Origin: Selaginella moellendorffii
Lineage: Eukaryota; Plantae; Lycopodiophyta
Direction of reading: 5' to 3'
NCBI RefSeq assembly: GCF_000143415.4
Contig: NW_003314288.1
Location: forward strand, 930,735 to 994,734
Length of the DNA: 64,000 bases
Part shown: piece after piece, positions 49,387 to 59,375 of the stretch
How positions within the stretch are numbered: position 1 is the stretch's first letter
Layout: each line of letters starts with the position of its first letter
Made by a program: the position numbers and the translations under genes
Notes under the pieces: generated by a model
Told to the model about the DNA's origin: nothing
What the model saw: only the letters and a program-made list of their open reading frames with translations
Databases searched by the model: none

Positions 49387-52300
49387 ATGCGTGCGGCGCT
49401 AAGGTTTGTGTGGTGTGTGTCATTTCTCAACAATCTCATGGAGTGGAAAACGTTTTTCAGGGATCCCACTTTCTGGTGGGACAACAGGTTCAAGAAGAAA
49501 AACAAGTTCTTCTCAGAGTCCTACCCGGATTTCAAACATGTTTCTACCGGAGAGAGCCTGTGGATCGCCAACAGGAAAACACCAACCTGGGTCTCTGCAA
49601 AACTCGAGTCGCTCGCTGACCCAGCTGTAGGTAAGGCCACCACGGCCCGCTACAAATCTCCACATACCCCAGCTGAGGAACCGGTGAGTTTAGGGAGGCT
49701 GATACACCGCGTGAGAGACTCAGCTGAGAGCAGATCCCTTTCTTTGGGAAAACAAGCCCATGAAGCTGTGCTCAAGAGTGATGAGCACAAAAGCAACATC
49801 TACTTGTTGACGGGATTGATCGATATGTACTGCAAGTGTGGCGAGCTTGAGGAGGCTCGCAAGATTTTCGACTCCATGGGAACCCGGAGTGTTGTGTCCT
49901 ACAACGCGATCATCCAGGGCTGCGGCTCGAACGGGCAAGCTGAACTTGCTCTGGAGTACTACTCTGCCCTGAGAGCTTGTACCACCATTCAACCCAACGA
50001 TCGGACACATGTCGCGGTGATCAGCGCCTGCTCCAGACTTGCTACCGAATCCAGCGAGAAGAGGGAGAGAGCTCTACGCATCGGGATGGAGATCCATTCA
50101 ATGCTGAGCAAGGAGAAGAAACAGCTAGATCTGTTCGTGGCGACTTGCCTGGTAGACATGTACTGCAAGTGTGGCGAGCTTGAGGAGGCTCGCAAGATTT
50201 TCCACTCCATGGGAACTCGGAGTGTTGTGTCCTACAACGCGATCATCCACGGCTGCGGCTCGAACGGGCAAGCTGAACTTGCTCTGGAGTACTACTCTGC
50301 CCTGAGAGCTGATAACACCATTCAACCCGACGATTGGACACATGTCGCGGTGATCAGCGCCTGCTCCACACTTGCTACCGAATCCAGTGAGAAGAGGGAG
50401 AGAGCTCTACGCATCGGGATGGAAGTCCATTCAGTACTGAGCAAGGAGAAGAAACATCTAGGTCTGTTCGTGGCGAATTGCCTGGTAGACATGTACTGCA
50501 AGTGTGGCGAGCTTGAGGAGGCTCGCAAGATTTTCCACTCCATGGGAACTCGGAGTGTTGTGTCCTACAACGCGATCATCCAGGGATGTGGCTCGAACGG
50601 GCAAGCTGAACTTGCTCTGGAGTACTACTCTGCCCTGAGAGCTTGTACCACCATTCAACCCAACGATCGGACTCATGTCGCGGTGATCAGCACCTGCTCC
50701 ACACTTGCTACCGAATCCAGGGAGAAGAGGGAGAGAGCTCTACGCATCGGGATGGAGATCCATTCAATGCTGAGCAAGGAGAAGAAACAGCTAGATCTGT
50801 TCGTGGCGAATTGCCTGGTAGACATGTACTGCAAGTGTGGCGAGCTTGAGGAGGCTCGCAAGATTTTCCACTCCATGGGAACTCGGAGTGTTGTGTCCTA
50901 CACCGCAATCATCCAGGGCTGCAACACGAACGGGCGAGCTGAACTTGCTCTGGAGTACTACTCTGCCCTGAGAGCTTGTACCACCATTCAACCCAACGAT
51001 CGGACTCATGTCGCGGTGATCAGCGCCTGCTCCACACTTGCTACCGAATCCAGCGAGAAGAGGGAGAGAGCTCTACGCATCGGGATGGAAGTCCATTCAG
51101 TACTGAGCAAGGAGAAGAAACATCTAGGTCTGTACATGGCGAATTGCCTGGTAGACATGTACTGCAAGTGTGGCGAGCTTGAGGAGGCTCGCAAGATTTT
51201 CCACTCCATGGGAACTCGGAGTGTTGTGTCCTACACCGCAATCATCCAGGGCTGCAACACGAACGGGCGAGCTGAACTTGCTCTGGAGTACTACTCTGCC
51301 CTGAGAGTTGATAACACCATTGAACCCGACGATCGGACTCATGTCGCAGTGATCAGCACCTGCTCCAGACTTGCTACCGAATCCAGCGAGAAGAGGGAGA
51401 GAGCTCTACGCCTCGGGATGGAGATCCATTCAATGCTGAGCAAGGAGAAGAAACAGGTAGATCTGTTCGTGGCGACTTGCCTGGTAGACATGTACTGCAA
51501 GTGTGGCGAGCTTGAGGAGGCTCGCAAGATTTTCCACTCCATGGGAACTCGGAGTGTTGTGTCCTACACCGCGATCATCCAGGGCTGCAACACGAACGGC
51601 CGAGCTGAACTTGCTCTGGAGTACTACTCTGCCCTGAGAGCTGATAACACGATTCAACCCGACGATCAGACTCATGTCGTGGTGATCAGCGCCTGCTCCA
51701 CACTTGCTACCGAATCCAGCGAGAAGAGGGAGAGAGCTCTACGCATCGGGATGGAGATCCATTCAATGCTGAGCAAGGAGAAGAAACAGCTAGATCTGTT
51801 CGTGGCGAATTGCCTGGTAGACATGTACTGCAAGTGTGGGGAGCTTGAGGAGGCTCGCAAGATTTTCAACTCCATGGGAACTCGGAGTGTTGTGTCCTAC
51901 ACTGCGATCATCCAGGGCTGCAACACGAACGGGCGAGCTGAACTTGCTCTGGAGTACTACTCTGCCCTGAGAGCTGATAACACCATTCAAGCTGATGCTT
52001 GCACCTACAGCTGCGTCCTTGTTGCTTGCGGGAGTGTGATGGCGATCAAGCTCGGGAGGGAGATTCACCAGCTGGCGAAGTATAAAGGGCTGCTGAAAAA
52101 CAATCCAGTTCTGGGCTCCAGCCTGGTGAGCTTCTACGGCAAATGCGGCGATGTTGATTCTGCTCAGGAAGCGTTTGACGAGTGCCGAGCTCGGGACGAC
52201 ACGGGTCTCTGGAACTCTCTCATACAGGCTTACACTCTCCAGGGCCGATCGATTGAGGCCTTGGAGCGTTTCTATTCCATGACTCAGGAGGAGGGCTGTA

Positions 52301-53124
52301 AAGCTGACGATGTGAGTTTTGTTTCGGTGTTGAACGCTTGCAGCCATGGTGGTCTGGTCAGGAAAGGAAGGCAGCTTCTGGATGAAATGCCCAAGCAGTA
52401 TGGAGTCAAGCCACGTCTGGAGCATTATGTGTGCCTGATCGATATGCTCGGGCGAGCTAACCTCCTCGACGAAGCTGTGAGAGTTCTCAGAGCCATGCCT
52501 TTTGAACCGGATGCAGTGGTTTGGACGTCCCTGCTCGGAGCCTGCCGGAAGTGGAAGAATTACACGATTGGCAAACTCGCGTTTGAGCGTCTTGTGGAGA
52601 TGGATCCCAAGAGCGGCACGCCCTATGCATTGATGGCCAATATATTTGGAAACGTGGGGATGCTCAGTGAAAGGGCCGCTGTTGTGGAGAGAATGAGAGG
52701 TGAAGGCAGCTTCAGGGAGCCCGGGAGAAGCTGGTGGACGGATGTTAGCTCAGGAAAAGTGCATTCTTTTTCTGTCGGGGATAGGAGTCACTCACAGAGC
52801 GACGAGATTGCGGCCAAGCTCAAGCAATTGTTGCTGAGAATGAAAGAGGAGGGGTACGCGAGCGATGTGATCAACGTTCTAAAAGACATACCCGAGGAAG
52901 ATCACCTGTGCGGCCACAGTGAGAAGCTTGCGCTGGGGTGTGCTCTGGTGAACTCGCACCAGAAGGAGACCATCAGAATCGTGAAAAATCTCCGAGTTTG
53001 TGACGATTGCCATGCGGCCACTGCTCTCATCTCTAAGCTGGAAAAAAGGCTAATCATCTGCAAAGATGCCAGTCGGGTTCATGTGTTCCAGGATGGCAGA
53101 TGTTCCTGTGACAACTACTTTTGA
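49387..53124 (+). CDS. PLS-class PPR RNA-editing factor with N-terminal OSB-type PDF motif and C-terminal E1-E2-DYW (WW subtype) cytidine deaminase
   Basis: Intronless 1245-aa ORF. PDF motif at aa 20-73; about 26 P/L/S motifs ending P2-L2-S2; E1 AVVWTSLLGACR; PGRSWWTD box at 52720; intact HSEKLA and CDDCH zinc ligands; ends GRCSCDNYF. Confidence 0.95.
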   Translation: MRAALRFVWCVSFLNNLMEWKTFFRDPTFWWDNRFKKKNKFFSESYPDFKHVSTGESLWIANRKTPTWVSAKLESLADPAVGKATTARYKSPHTPAEEPVSLGRLIHRVRDSAESRSLSLGKQAHEAVLKSDEHKSNIYLLTGLIDMYCKCGELEEARKIFDSMGTRSVVSYNAIIQGCGSNGQAELALEYYSALRACTTIQPNDRTHVAVISACSRLATESSEKRERALRIGMEIHSMLSKEKKQLDLFVATCLVDMYCKCGELEEARKIFHSMGTRSVVSYNAIIHGCGSNGQAELALEYYSALRADNTIQPDDWTHVAVISACSTLATESSEKRERALRIGMEVHSVLSKEKKHLGLFVANCLVDMYCKCGELEEARKIFHSMGTRSVVSYNAIIQGCGSNGQAELALEYYSALRACTTIQPNDRTHVAVISTCSTLATESREKRERALRIGMEIHSMLSKEKKQLDLFVANCLVDMYCKCGELEEARKIFHSMGTRSVVSYTAIIQGCNTNGRAELALEYYSALRACTTIQPNDRTHVAVISACSTLATESSEKRERALRIGMEVHSVLSKEKKHLGLYMANCLVDMYCKCGELEEARKIFHSMGTRSVVSYTAIIQGCNTNGRAELALEYYSALRVDNTIEPDDRTHVAVISTCSRLATESSEKRERALRLGMEIHSMLSKEKKQVDLFVATCLVDMYCKCGELEEARKIFHSMGTRSVVSYTAIIQGCNTNGRAELALEYYSALRADNTIQPDDQTHVVVISACSTLATESSEKRERALRIGMEIHSMLSKEKKQLDLFVANCLVDMYCKCGELEEARKIFNSMGTRSVVSYTAIIQGCNTNGRAELALEYYSALRADNTIQADACTYSCVLVACGSVMAIKLGREIHQLAKYKGLLKNNPVLGSSLVSFYGKCGDVDSAQEAFDECRARDDTGLWNSLIQAYTLQGRSIEALERFYSMTQEEGCKADDVSFVSVLNACSHGGLVRKGRQLLDEMPKQYGVKPRLEHYVCLIDMLGRANLLDEAVRVLRAMPFEPDAVVWTSLLGACRKWKNYTIGKLAFERLVEMDPKSGTPYALMANIFGNVGMLSERAAVVERMRGEGSFREPGRSWWTDVSSGKVHSFSVGDRSHSQSDEIAAKLKQLLLRMKEEGYASDVINVLKDIPEEDHLCGHSEKLALGCALVNSHQKETIRIVKNLRVCDDCHAATALISKLEKRLIICKDASRVHVFQDGRCSCDNYF
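49798..51990 (+). repeat. 333-bp tandem repeat (S-P-L triplet, 111 aa), 6 full units plus a final S-P
   Basis: ATGTACTGCAAGTGTGG at 49825, 50158, 50491, 50824, 51157, 51490 and 51823, an exact 333-bp period. Confidence 0.97.
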
Positions 53125-54742
53125 AAACATGTCAGTGCTCTTTCTTGCAGTTATCCCTGGTTTTAAACCCTCCGTGAGTCAAGCAGAAACATGGGCTGCT
53201 GAGTGAGCATGCCTCATCAAAGTACTGCCGCCAACCTGAACTTCACGGAGAAAAAACTTAACATTTAGAAGTTAAAACTATGCAAAAGAACGATGACACG
53301 TTGTCTTAAATTTAAATTTCTTTTTGCTAGCAGAATCGGGGAATGCTGACTAAATCTGCCAACAGGTGCCCCAAAACGGAGCGCCCAGATTCAGATAATA
53401 AGCCTTAGTATGAAGACTTGCAAGTACCCAAACTCTTTGCTGATAGCAAGTACTGCCTCATGTTCCGGGAGCAAGGTGATGGCGGCTTGCGGCATGACCA
53501 ACTTTGGGTTTGTGCTCCTAGAGCACGTTGAAGACGTGTGGAAGCTGGTGACGAGCGACGTACTCACCAGTTCCTCGGCAACGTCTTCCTTCCAGATTTT
53601 TTGAGCTTGTCGTGAGTGGTGACCTGCTTGCTCTCTCCTGTGACGACTTCTTCCAGCCTCTGGTGCCCAACCTCAAGGCTCTCTTGTGGATGGAGCTAGC
53701 CCTACACAGTGTGTGTGTGTGTATCAACCAGCAGATGCACAAATCGTTGAGAATTAGCAACAACTGTGTATCATAGGCTTAGTAGTGTACATGTACATGT
53801 GTTTCAGCTAAATATAATGGGCCAAATACACCGAAGAAGTGTGTATAAGAAGAGTAGAAACAAATTAAGAAATGTAAATTAAGAAGTGCAAAAGAAATGA
53901 AAATAAAAATTGTCCAGCCTCATCAGTTTGCTGAAATTAAGTTGGATTCAATTCTTCCAGCTCCAAATATTGTGTGATTGAGTTGTAAGTTAATTAATAG
54001 TAGAAAATAAGAAAAAAAACAAAGTGTTTGATAATATCTTCTTTGCTTTTAGTTTTTTATTTTCTAGTGGGGGAGTGCTGGTAAAAATATCTTTGCCGTT
54101 CATTGGTGGTTAATTAAATGAGCATGTTTAGAGATGTTTATAAGATGGACCAAGAGTTACCCGAAAATTAAAGTTCAAAATTTACGTTTTCCCTATTTGC
54201 ACAATAACTTAAGCTAAAGTAATGTACTTACCCTTATTTTTTATGTGAAAATTATTAGTATCTACGAAAAAAAAGGGAGGATTCTTAAGTAATTTTCAAA
54301 AACCCCGAACAAATCTAAAGTGTTGGGGTCAATAATTCCGGAAATATTCGAGAAGATCCTTAGGTTATCGCGGCACGTAATCCGATTTTAGGGTTGGAAA
54401 AGGAAACAGAGCTCTGGGAAATGGGGCCTGCTCGTGACCAACAGGAGGAGGAAGAGGTGCCCATGGTGGCCATGGGGAGGAGGGCGCGGGGTGGCCGGGG
54501 TTGGCCGCGGATCTCTGAATCTGGCCCCGGGAGGATTAGGCCATGGTTCTGAGGCGGCTCGAGGAGGGGGTGCCCCGGGAGGAGGAGGCCATGGTTCTAC
54601 TCTAGGAGGAGGACGCCGCGGTTCTTCTCCGGGAGGAGGCCATGGATCATCGCCAGGAGGAGGCCAAGCCTCGGTGGGAGGAGCCGAAGCCACAGCGGGA
54701 GGAGTCCAAGCCGCGCCCGGAGGAGCCCAAGCCACGTCCGGA

Positions 54743-55459
54743 GGAGTCGATCCAATTCGCAACATCAACAGGTACTTGATGTCTGGAGAGAGTGCTGGAA
54801 CCGACTGGCTCCCTCCGGAGTGCGATATCTCCATCAGGCCCGGTTGGTTTTGGCACAGGAACGAGGCTCCAAAGTCCCTGGAGCAGCTGCTCGACGTTTT
54901 CTACAAATCATCCGCCAGGAACTGCTTGCTCCTGCTCAACGTCCCTCCAAACTCGTCGGGACTGATCGACGAATCCCACTTCCAGACGCTGGAGCGGTTT
55001 AGCTCCGCCATAGATTCCATCTTCAGCGTCAACTTAGCAGCGAATCCTTTGTCCGTGACAGCAAGCAGCGTTCGCAGCTCTTCGTTCGGGCCGAAGTAAA
55101 TCCTTGACGAGTGTATGGAAACTTTCTGGGCTCCAATGCAAGGGGAGTCGACCGGCTGGATCGAGCTTGATCTTGGCAAGGTCTCAAAGTTCAACGCACT
55201 GGAGATCCGAGAGCCAGTAAACATGGGACAAAGGGTCATGGAATATCACGTCGAGGCATGGGACAGCGAGCTGGGCTGGTACCTGGTGAGCAACGGTAGC
55301 ACCATTGGTTACAGGAAAGTGGATCGACTGGAAGAGGATCAAGAATGCGCTGCTCGGCTCGTTCGACTGCTGATTGACGCGTCGCGGGGAGATCCATTGA
55401 TCTGCTTTTTTCGTTTGTACTTCGATATGTACAACCTCAGGCACTTGTCTTCTATTTAG
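54743..55459 (+). pseudogene. Alpha-L-fucosidase (GH29, plant FUC1-like) C-terminal half with F5/8-type domain; one in-frame stop
   Basis: DWLPPECDISIRPGWFWH...KSLEQLLDVFYKS..RNCLLLLNVPPNSSGLI; TAA at 55097-55099; the same frame continues FWAP...EIREPVNMGQRV...GSTIGYRKV. The N-terminal catalytic half is absent. Confidence 0.88.
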
Positions 55460-57593
55460 AAGAGAAACTACAAGAGGATATGTATATTTCTTTTCAGGTA
55501 TGAGAAACATAGCTTTGGGTTGGAAATCCCTGGCCTGATCAATAACAGTCTCTTTGCATCACTCCTCCTAGAGAACAACCAAAAAAAATCAAGAGCTAGC
55601 CCTCTAACCTTTGAGCTCGTGGAAAGTACCCTTGCATGGAGGTGGCAGCTGGTTAAACTTGAGAAGTTAGCTTGTCTGGAGGACCTCCTGTTGCTCCTGC
55701 TTCCTTGCCACAAAATCACACCTGCAAACACGTCCAAACACTGAACTAGTACTTCTCAGATTTAAAAGCTTTGAAAATACATTAGAACATCTTTTTGCCA
55801 TGTAGTCAACGTGATGACCATTATTAAAATGTTTTTAATTTATAAACACAAAATTATTCTAAATAAATATCAACAATTAAATTATAGAATATTCAAGAAT
55901 ACCCAGGTATATCCTATGTTAGTTTGCTTAAGCAAACCAAAAATATAGTGCCTAAATTGAAGAAATACTCAAAGGTGTAAATGACTATAACTTAACTGAA
56001 GCCATAAAAGATAGGTATTGTGGAAAAATAAAAAATATATGTGTGCAAATACTAAACAGGTCATACACCTTGTGGGTGTTCTTTTGCAAATAGCCTGCAG
56101 AAAAAAAGCTATTAAAATAAATATTTGATTTGTAAAGAATACTTGATGCATTAAAAATATGAGCTTATATAACACTTTTTCTCCATCTAGCATGTCATAG
56201 AGGACAAAGTAGCAATCTATTTAAATTATAACTCAATATAGATTAAAATCACTAAAGGATGATCCTAACGATTCAAAACAACTATTATACTTGTCTCAAA
56301 AAGCTAGTAATATTCTAATCTGAATACCAATCCTGGATTTGGAATGATGCTAGACTGGAAGATAAAGGGAACTGAAGTATATCTCTAGTTGAGTCTAGTA
56401 TTCCTGAGAGTTTAAGAATGATTAAGATTGTAGTCCAATATGTTAGTTTTGAAAATTTCATATACTTATATTCCATGGTATTGGAAGAGAAGGGAATAGA
56501 TTGGTCACGAAACATTGAACAAGTGCTAGTTGCCATTGAAGAAGCAATATTGCCCTATACTACAACATTATATATAAAACTCCACCCTGCAGAATAGAAA
56601 AAAAGTTTTCGAAAGGAATGGATGAGTAGGAAATGGCACTTGTGATATTTCTTATTTCCAATGGGGAGAATTGTTTGGGATGTTGAGCATCCCTGATTTC
56701 TATGCTAGATAATATGTTTGATAACATATGTCAAACTTCTCATCATCAAATTACTTAACTATCCTTCATTATGCATATATTAATTCCTAAAGCTCTCCAA
56801 GGATTTGGTTCTTGACAGATTATGGCATTGACTTTGCGGAAGATTTGATAAATTTCCTTGTAAAATCGCCTTGCATACATGCTTTGCAAAGAACAATCCA
56901 GTCAACATAGATTAAGCCCATCATAAAAGTGGGCCAATTGTCTTTAAACTTAATTCTCTGTATCAACATCCCATGAAGCCTTCGTAAATGCTAGCCGTCA
57001 ACGAATGGGCTGAGGCCCAGCTCCAGCAACATGCTGTGCAATGCTTCGCAAGCGGAGAGGATACCATATGGAACACAGAGAGGAGAACATATGAAGCATG
57101 TCGGGAGGCAACCAGGGAGATAGGATACAAAAGGAAGGCAATGGGAACGAGCTATCACCTTACTGCAATCAGCCCATCTCCACCCGCGCCTCAAACGCAA
57201 GCTTTCCACACCACTACTTCCCACTTTAAACAAGAGCTCATGAGAGACTTCCACGGCTCACTCTCACTGGCATGGTCTTGAGAATCTGGATTGCCACGCC
57301 TACCATGGCACTGATGTGGAGCAGGAGGAGCGCAGTGCTGCTGCTGAAATTCACAACAGCAGCATTGGATCTTGCATTGCTGACTATAGCAAACCCACTG
57401 CACTTAACATTCCAGATGCATGGGACACCACGGACTCATATGCGAGAGGCGGAGGACTATGCTCCTCATGAAGACTCTCCTATGCTCAATCCTCTGTGCG
57501 TCCCGCTCTCCATCCATGGGGGATGGGGCGGCTCACGGAATGGCTGGATATCAACGATTGATCTTTGGGTCAACACATCAAAACAGTGAAGAA

Positions 57594-58973
57594 TCAAGTC
57601 TGAACTGCTCTGAAGATGTTCTCCAGCATCACATAAGGCAATGCATCACTCACAAGGCTGGACTGGCACGTAAATTCCGCAGCATGCATCCCTCGATTCA
57701 TCTCCCCGTGGTTTTTACACGCGGTAACAAACGTTGCCGATGCAACTCCATCAGCTGGCAAAGGCATATTCTCCAGGACATCCTCGGCCTCTTCCAATCG
57801 CCCTAGCCGTCCTAGAGCATCAACAATGCAGGTGTAGTGGTCTTGCGAAGGGTCCAATCCATTGTCAAAGCTCATTGCCGTGAAGTAGCTTGCTTCCTTG
57901 ACGAGCCCCAGATGGCTACACGCCGTCAAAACGATGGCAAACGCTACCTTGTTGGGATCAAAGCCGTGAAGAAACATCACCCACAAGAGCTGGATCGCAG
58001 AATACGCATGGCCGGTCTGGGCATATGCTGCTAGCATCGTGTTCCAGGAGACCAAATTCCAAGTTGGTATTCTATCAAACGTCTTCTTCGCTTCACAAAT
58101 ATTTGCATCTAAAGCGTATACCACGAGAATTGTGTTCCATGAATAGGAATCCCAGCAGCAACACAAAGAAAACGCTCGTATAGCGTCTTTGAAACAACCT
58201 CTCTGGGCATAAACAGCGATTATCGAGTTCCATGAAACAAGATCTCTGTGTGGCATTGCTTCAAACAATTGTTTTCCTTGATTAGCGTCACCGTTTTGCG
58301 CGTATGACTTGATCATAATCCTCCACGAAAGTATGCTGTGCAGAGGCATCCTATCAAACAAACTCTTGGCTTGAATCAAATCCCCATTTTCGGCATAGCA
58401 GCAGTGCATCGCCCCCCAGAGGATCGCGTTTTGGTGTACAATCTCCTGGAAGACATCCTCCGCCTCCTCCACGAATCCATTCTCCGCAAACATGACGAGC
58501 ATCACCGCGTGAGTGATGCTGTTCTTCTTGGGCATGGAATCAAACGGGGCCTTCGCATCACCCCCTCGCCCGCGCTGCGCGAAACCCTGCACGAGGATCG
58601 TCCACACTACCACATTCGTCTCGGGCATCCGATCCAGCACCTCTCTCGCTCGCCCAATCTCTCCGCCACGAGCAAATCCCTGCAGCAGTGTCGCCCACGT
58701 CTTGCAGTTCCTCTCGGGCATCGCATCAAACACCGCCTTGCTCGATCCAATCCGCCCGCAATCGCCCAGCGCCTTGACCATCGCAGTGGAGGAAACTACG
58801 TCCTGCACCGCCATTCGATCGAACGCTGCCTTGGCCTCGCCCGGATGCCCACTCTCGGCATACGCGGTCGCGAGTGCCGTCCACGACGCGATGTTCTTGG
58901 CTGGCAATGCATCAAAGATCCTTCTCAATTCCTCCAAATGCCCACACCGCGCGTAGGCAACCAGTGTTTCCAT
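57594..58973 (-). CDS. PLS-class PPR protein rich in tandem short (S/SS) motifs, ending P2-L2-S2-E1 with a partial E2; no DYW
   Basis: 459-aa ORF of 31-aa motifs (e.g. VVSSTAMVKALGDCGRIGSSKAVFDAMPERN), then LTACSHLGLV, HYTCIVDALGRLGRLEEAE, and a degenerate E1. May be a young pseudogene. Confidence 0.8.
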   Translation of the reverse strand: METLVAYARCGHLEELRRIFDALPAKNIASWTALATAYAESGHPGEAKAAFDRMAVQDVVSSTAMVKALGDCGRIGSSKAVFDAMPERNCKTWATLLQGFARGGEIGRAREVLDRMPETNVVVWTILVQGFAQRGRGGDAKAPFDSMPKKNSITHAVMLVMFAENGFVEEAEDVFQEIVHQNAILWGAMHCCYAENGDLIQAKSLFDRMPLHSILSWRIMIKSYAQNGDANQGKQLFEAMPHRDLVSWNSIIAVYAQRGCFKDAIRAFSLCCCWDSYSWNTILVVYALDANICEAKKTFDRIPTWNLVSWNTMLAAYAQTGHAYSAIQLLWVMFLHGFDPNKVAFAIVLTACSHLGLVKEASYFTAMSFDNGLDPSQDHYTCIVDALGRLGRLEEAEDVLENMPLPADGVASATFVTACKNHGEMNRGMHAAEFTCQSSLVSDALPYVMLENIFRAVQT

Positions 58974-59375
58974 ACATAATATCTATGCTGATGACTTATG
59001 ATTAGTAAACACAAGTACAAGAAACTTGCTATAATGAAACTTCAAACAATTAAACACTGAATAGAGGAAATTGCTAAGCCAAAGTCCACCAAGATCATCA
59101 CATTTATACTATTTACGACTCCAGCAAAAACAAACATAAACTACTCATCCTCCATTAATTCTATATTGCATGTTATGAAAGAGAGTGGAGGAGAGAGAAT
59201 AGAAGGACTTTTGTTATTTGTTGGTGATAGAGAAGAAGCACAAGAAATAGAACTCCTATTATCCATAAATGTCAAAAGAGAATAAGAATGTTTTTTAGCA
59301 TATTATTGACATTTGGCACAAGTTCCAGTGTTATGTCCCTATTCATGATATTCCTCACATTATGGACAACAATTG

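Larger units (their letters stand above)
39385..54742 (+). repeat. Direct segmental duplication (copy B) of about 11880-25742 (copy A)
   Basis: Same order in both copies: gypsy integrase, chromovirus pieces, LINE remnant, unknown gene, PDF-PPR gene, 3' flank, Gly-rich Harbinger-flank segment. Each copy has private insertions and deletions. Confidence 0.92.

Noticed and set aside
49720-52425. Repeated antisense and alternate-frame ORFs over the PPR array
   Set aside because: Shadows of the 333-bp coding repeat; they recur with the same period.
55097-55099. Stop codon in the fucosidase frame as a possible U-to-C editing site
   Set aside because: Nuclear context and a 5'-truncated gene; ordinary mutational decay is the simpler explanation.
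56988-57590. Short plus-strand ORFs downstream of the minus-strand PPR gene
   Set aside because: No motif recognised, and no DYW continuation found on the minus strand.
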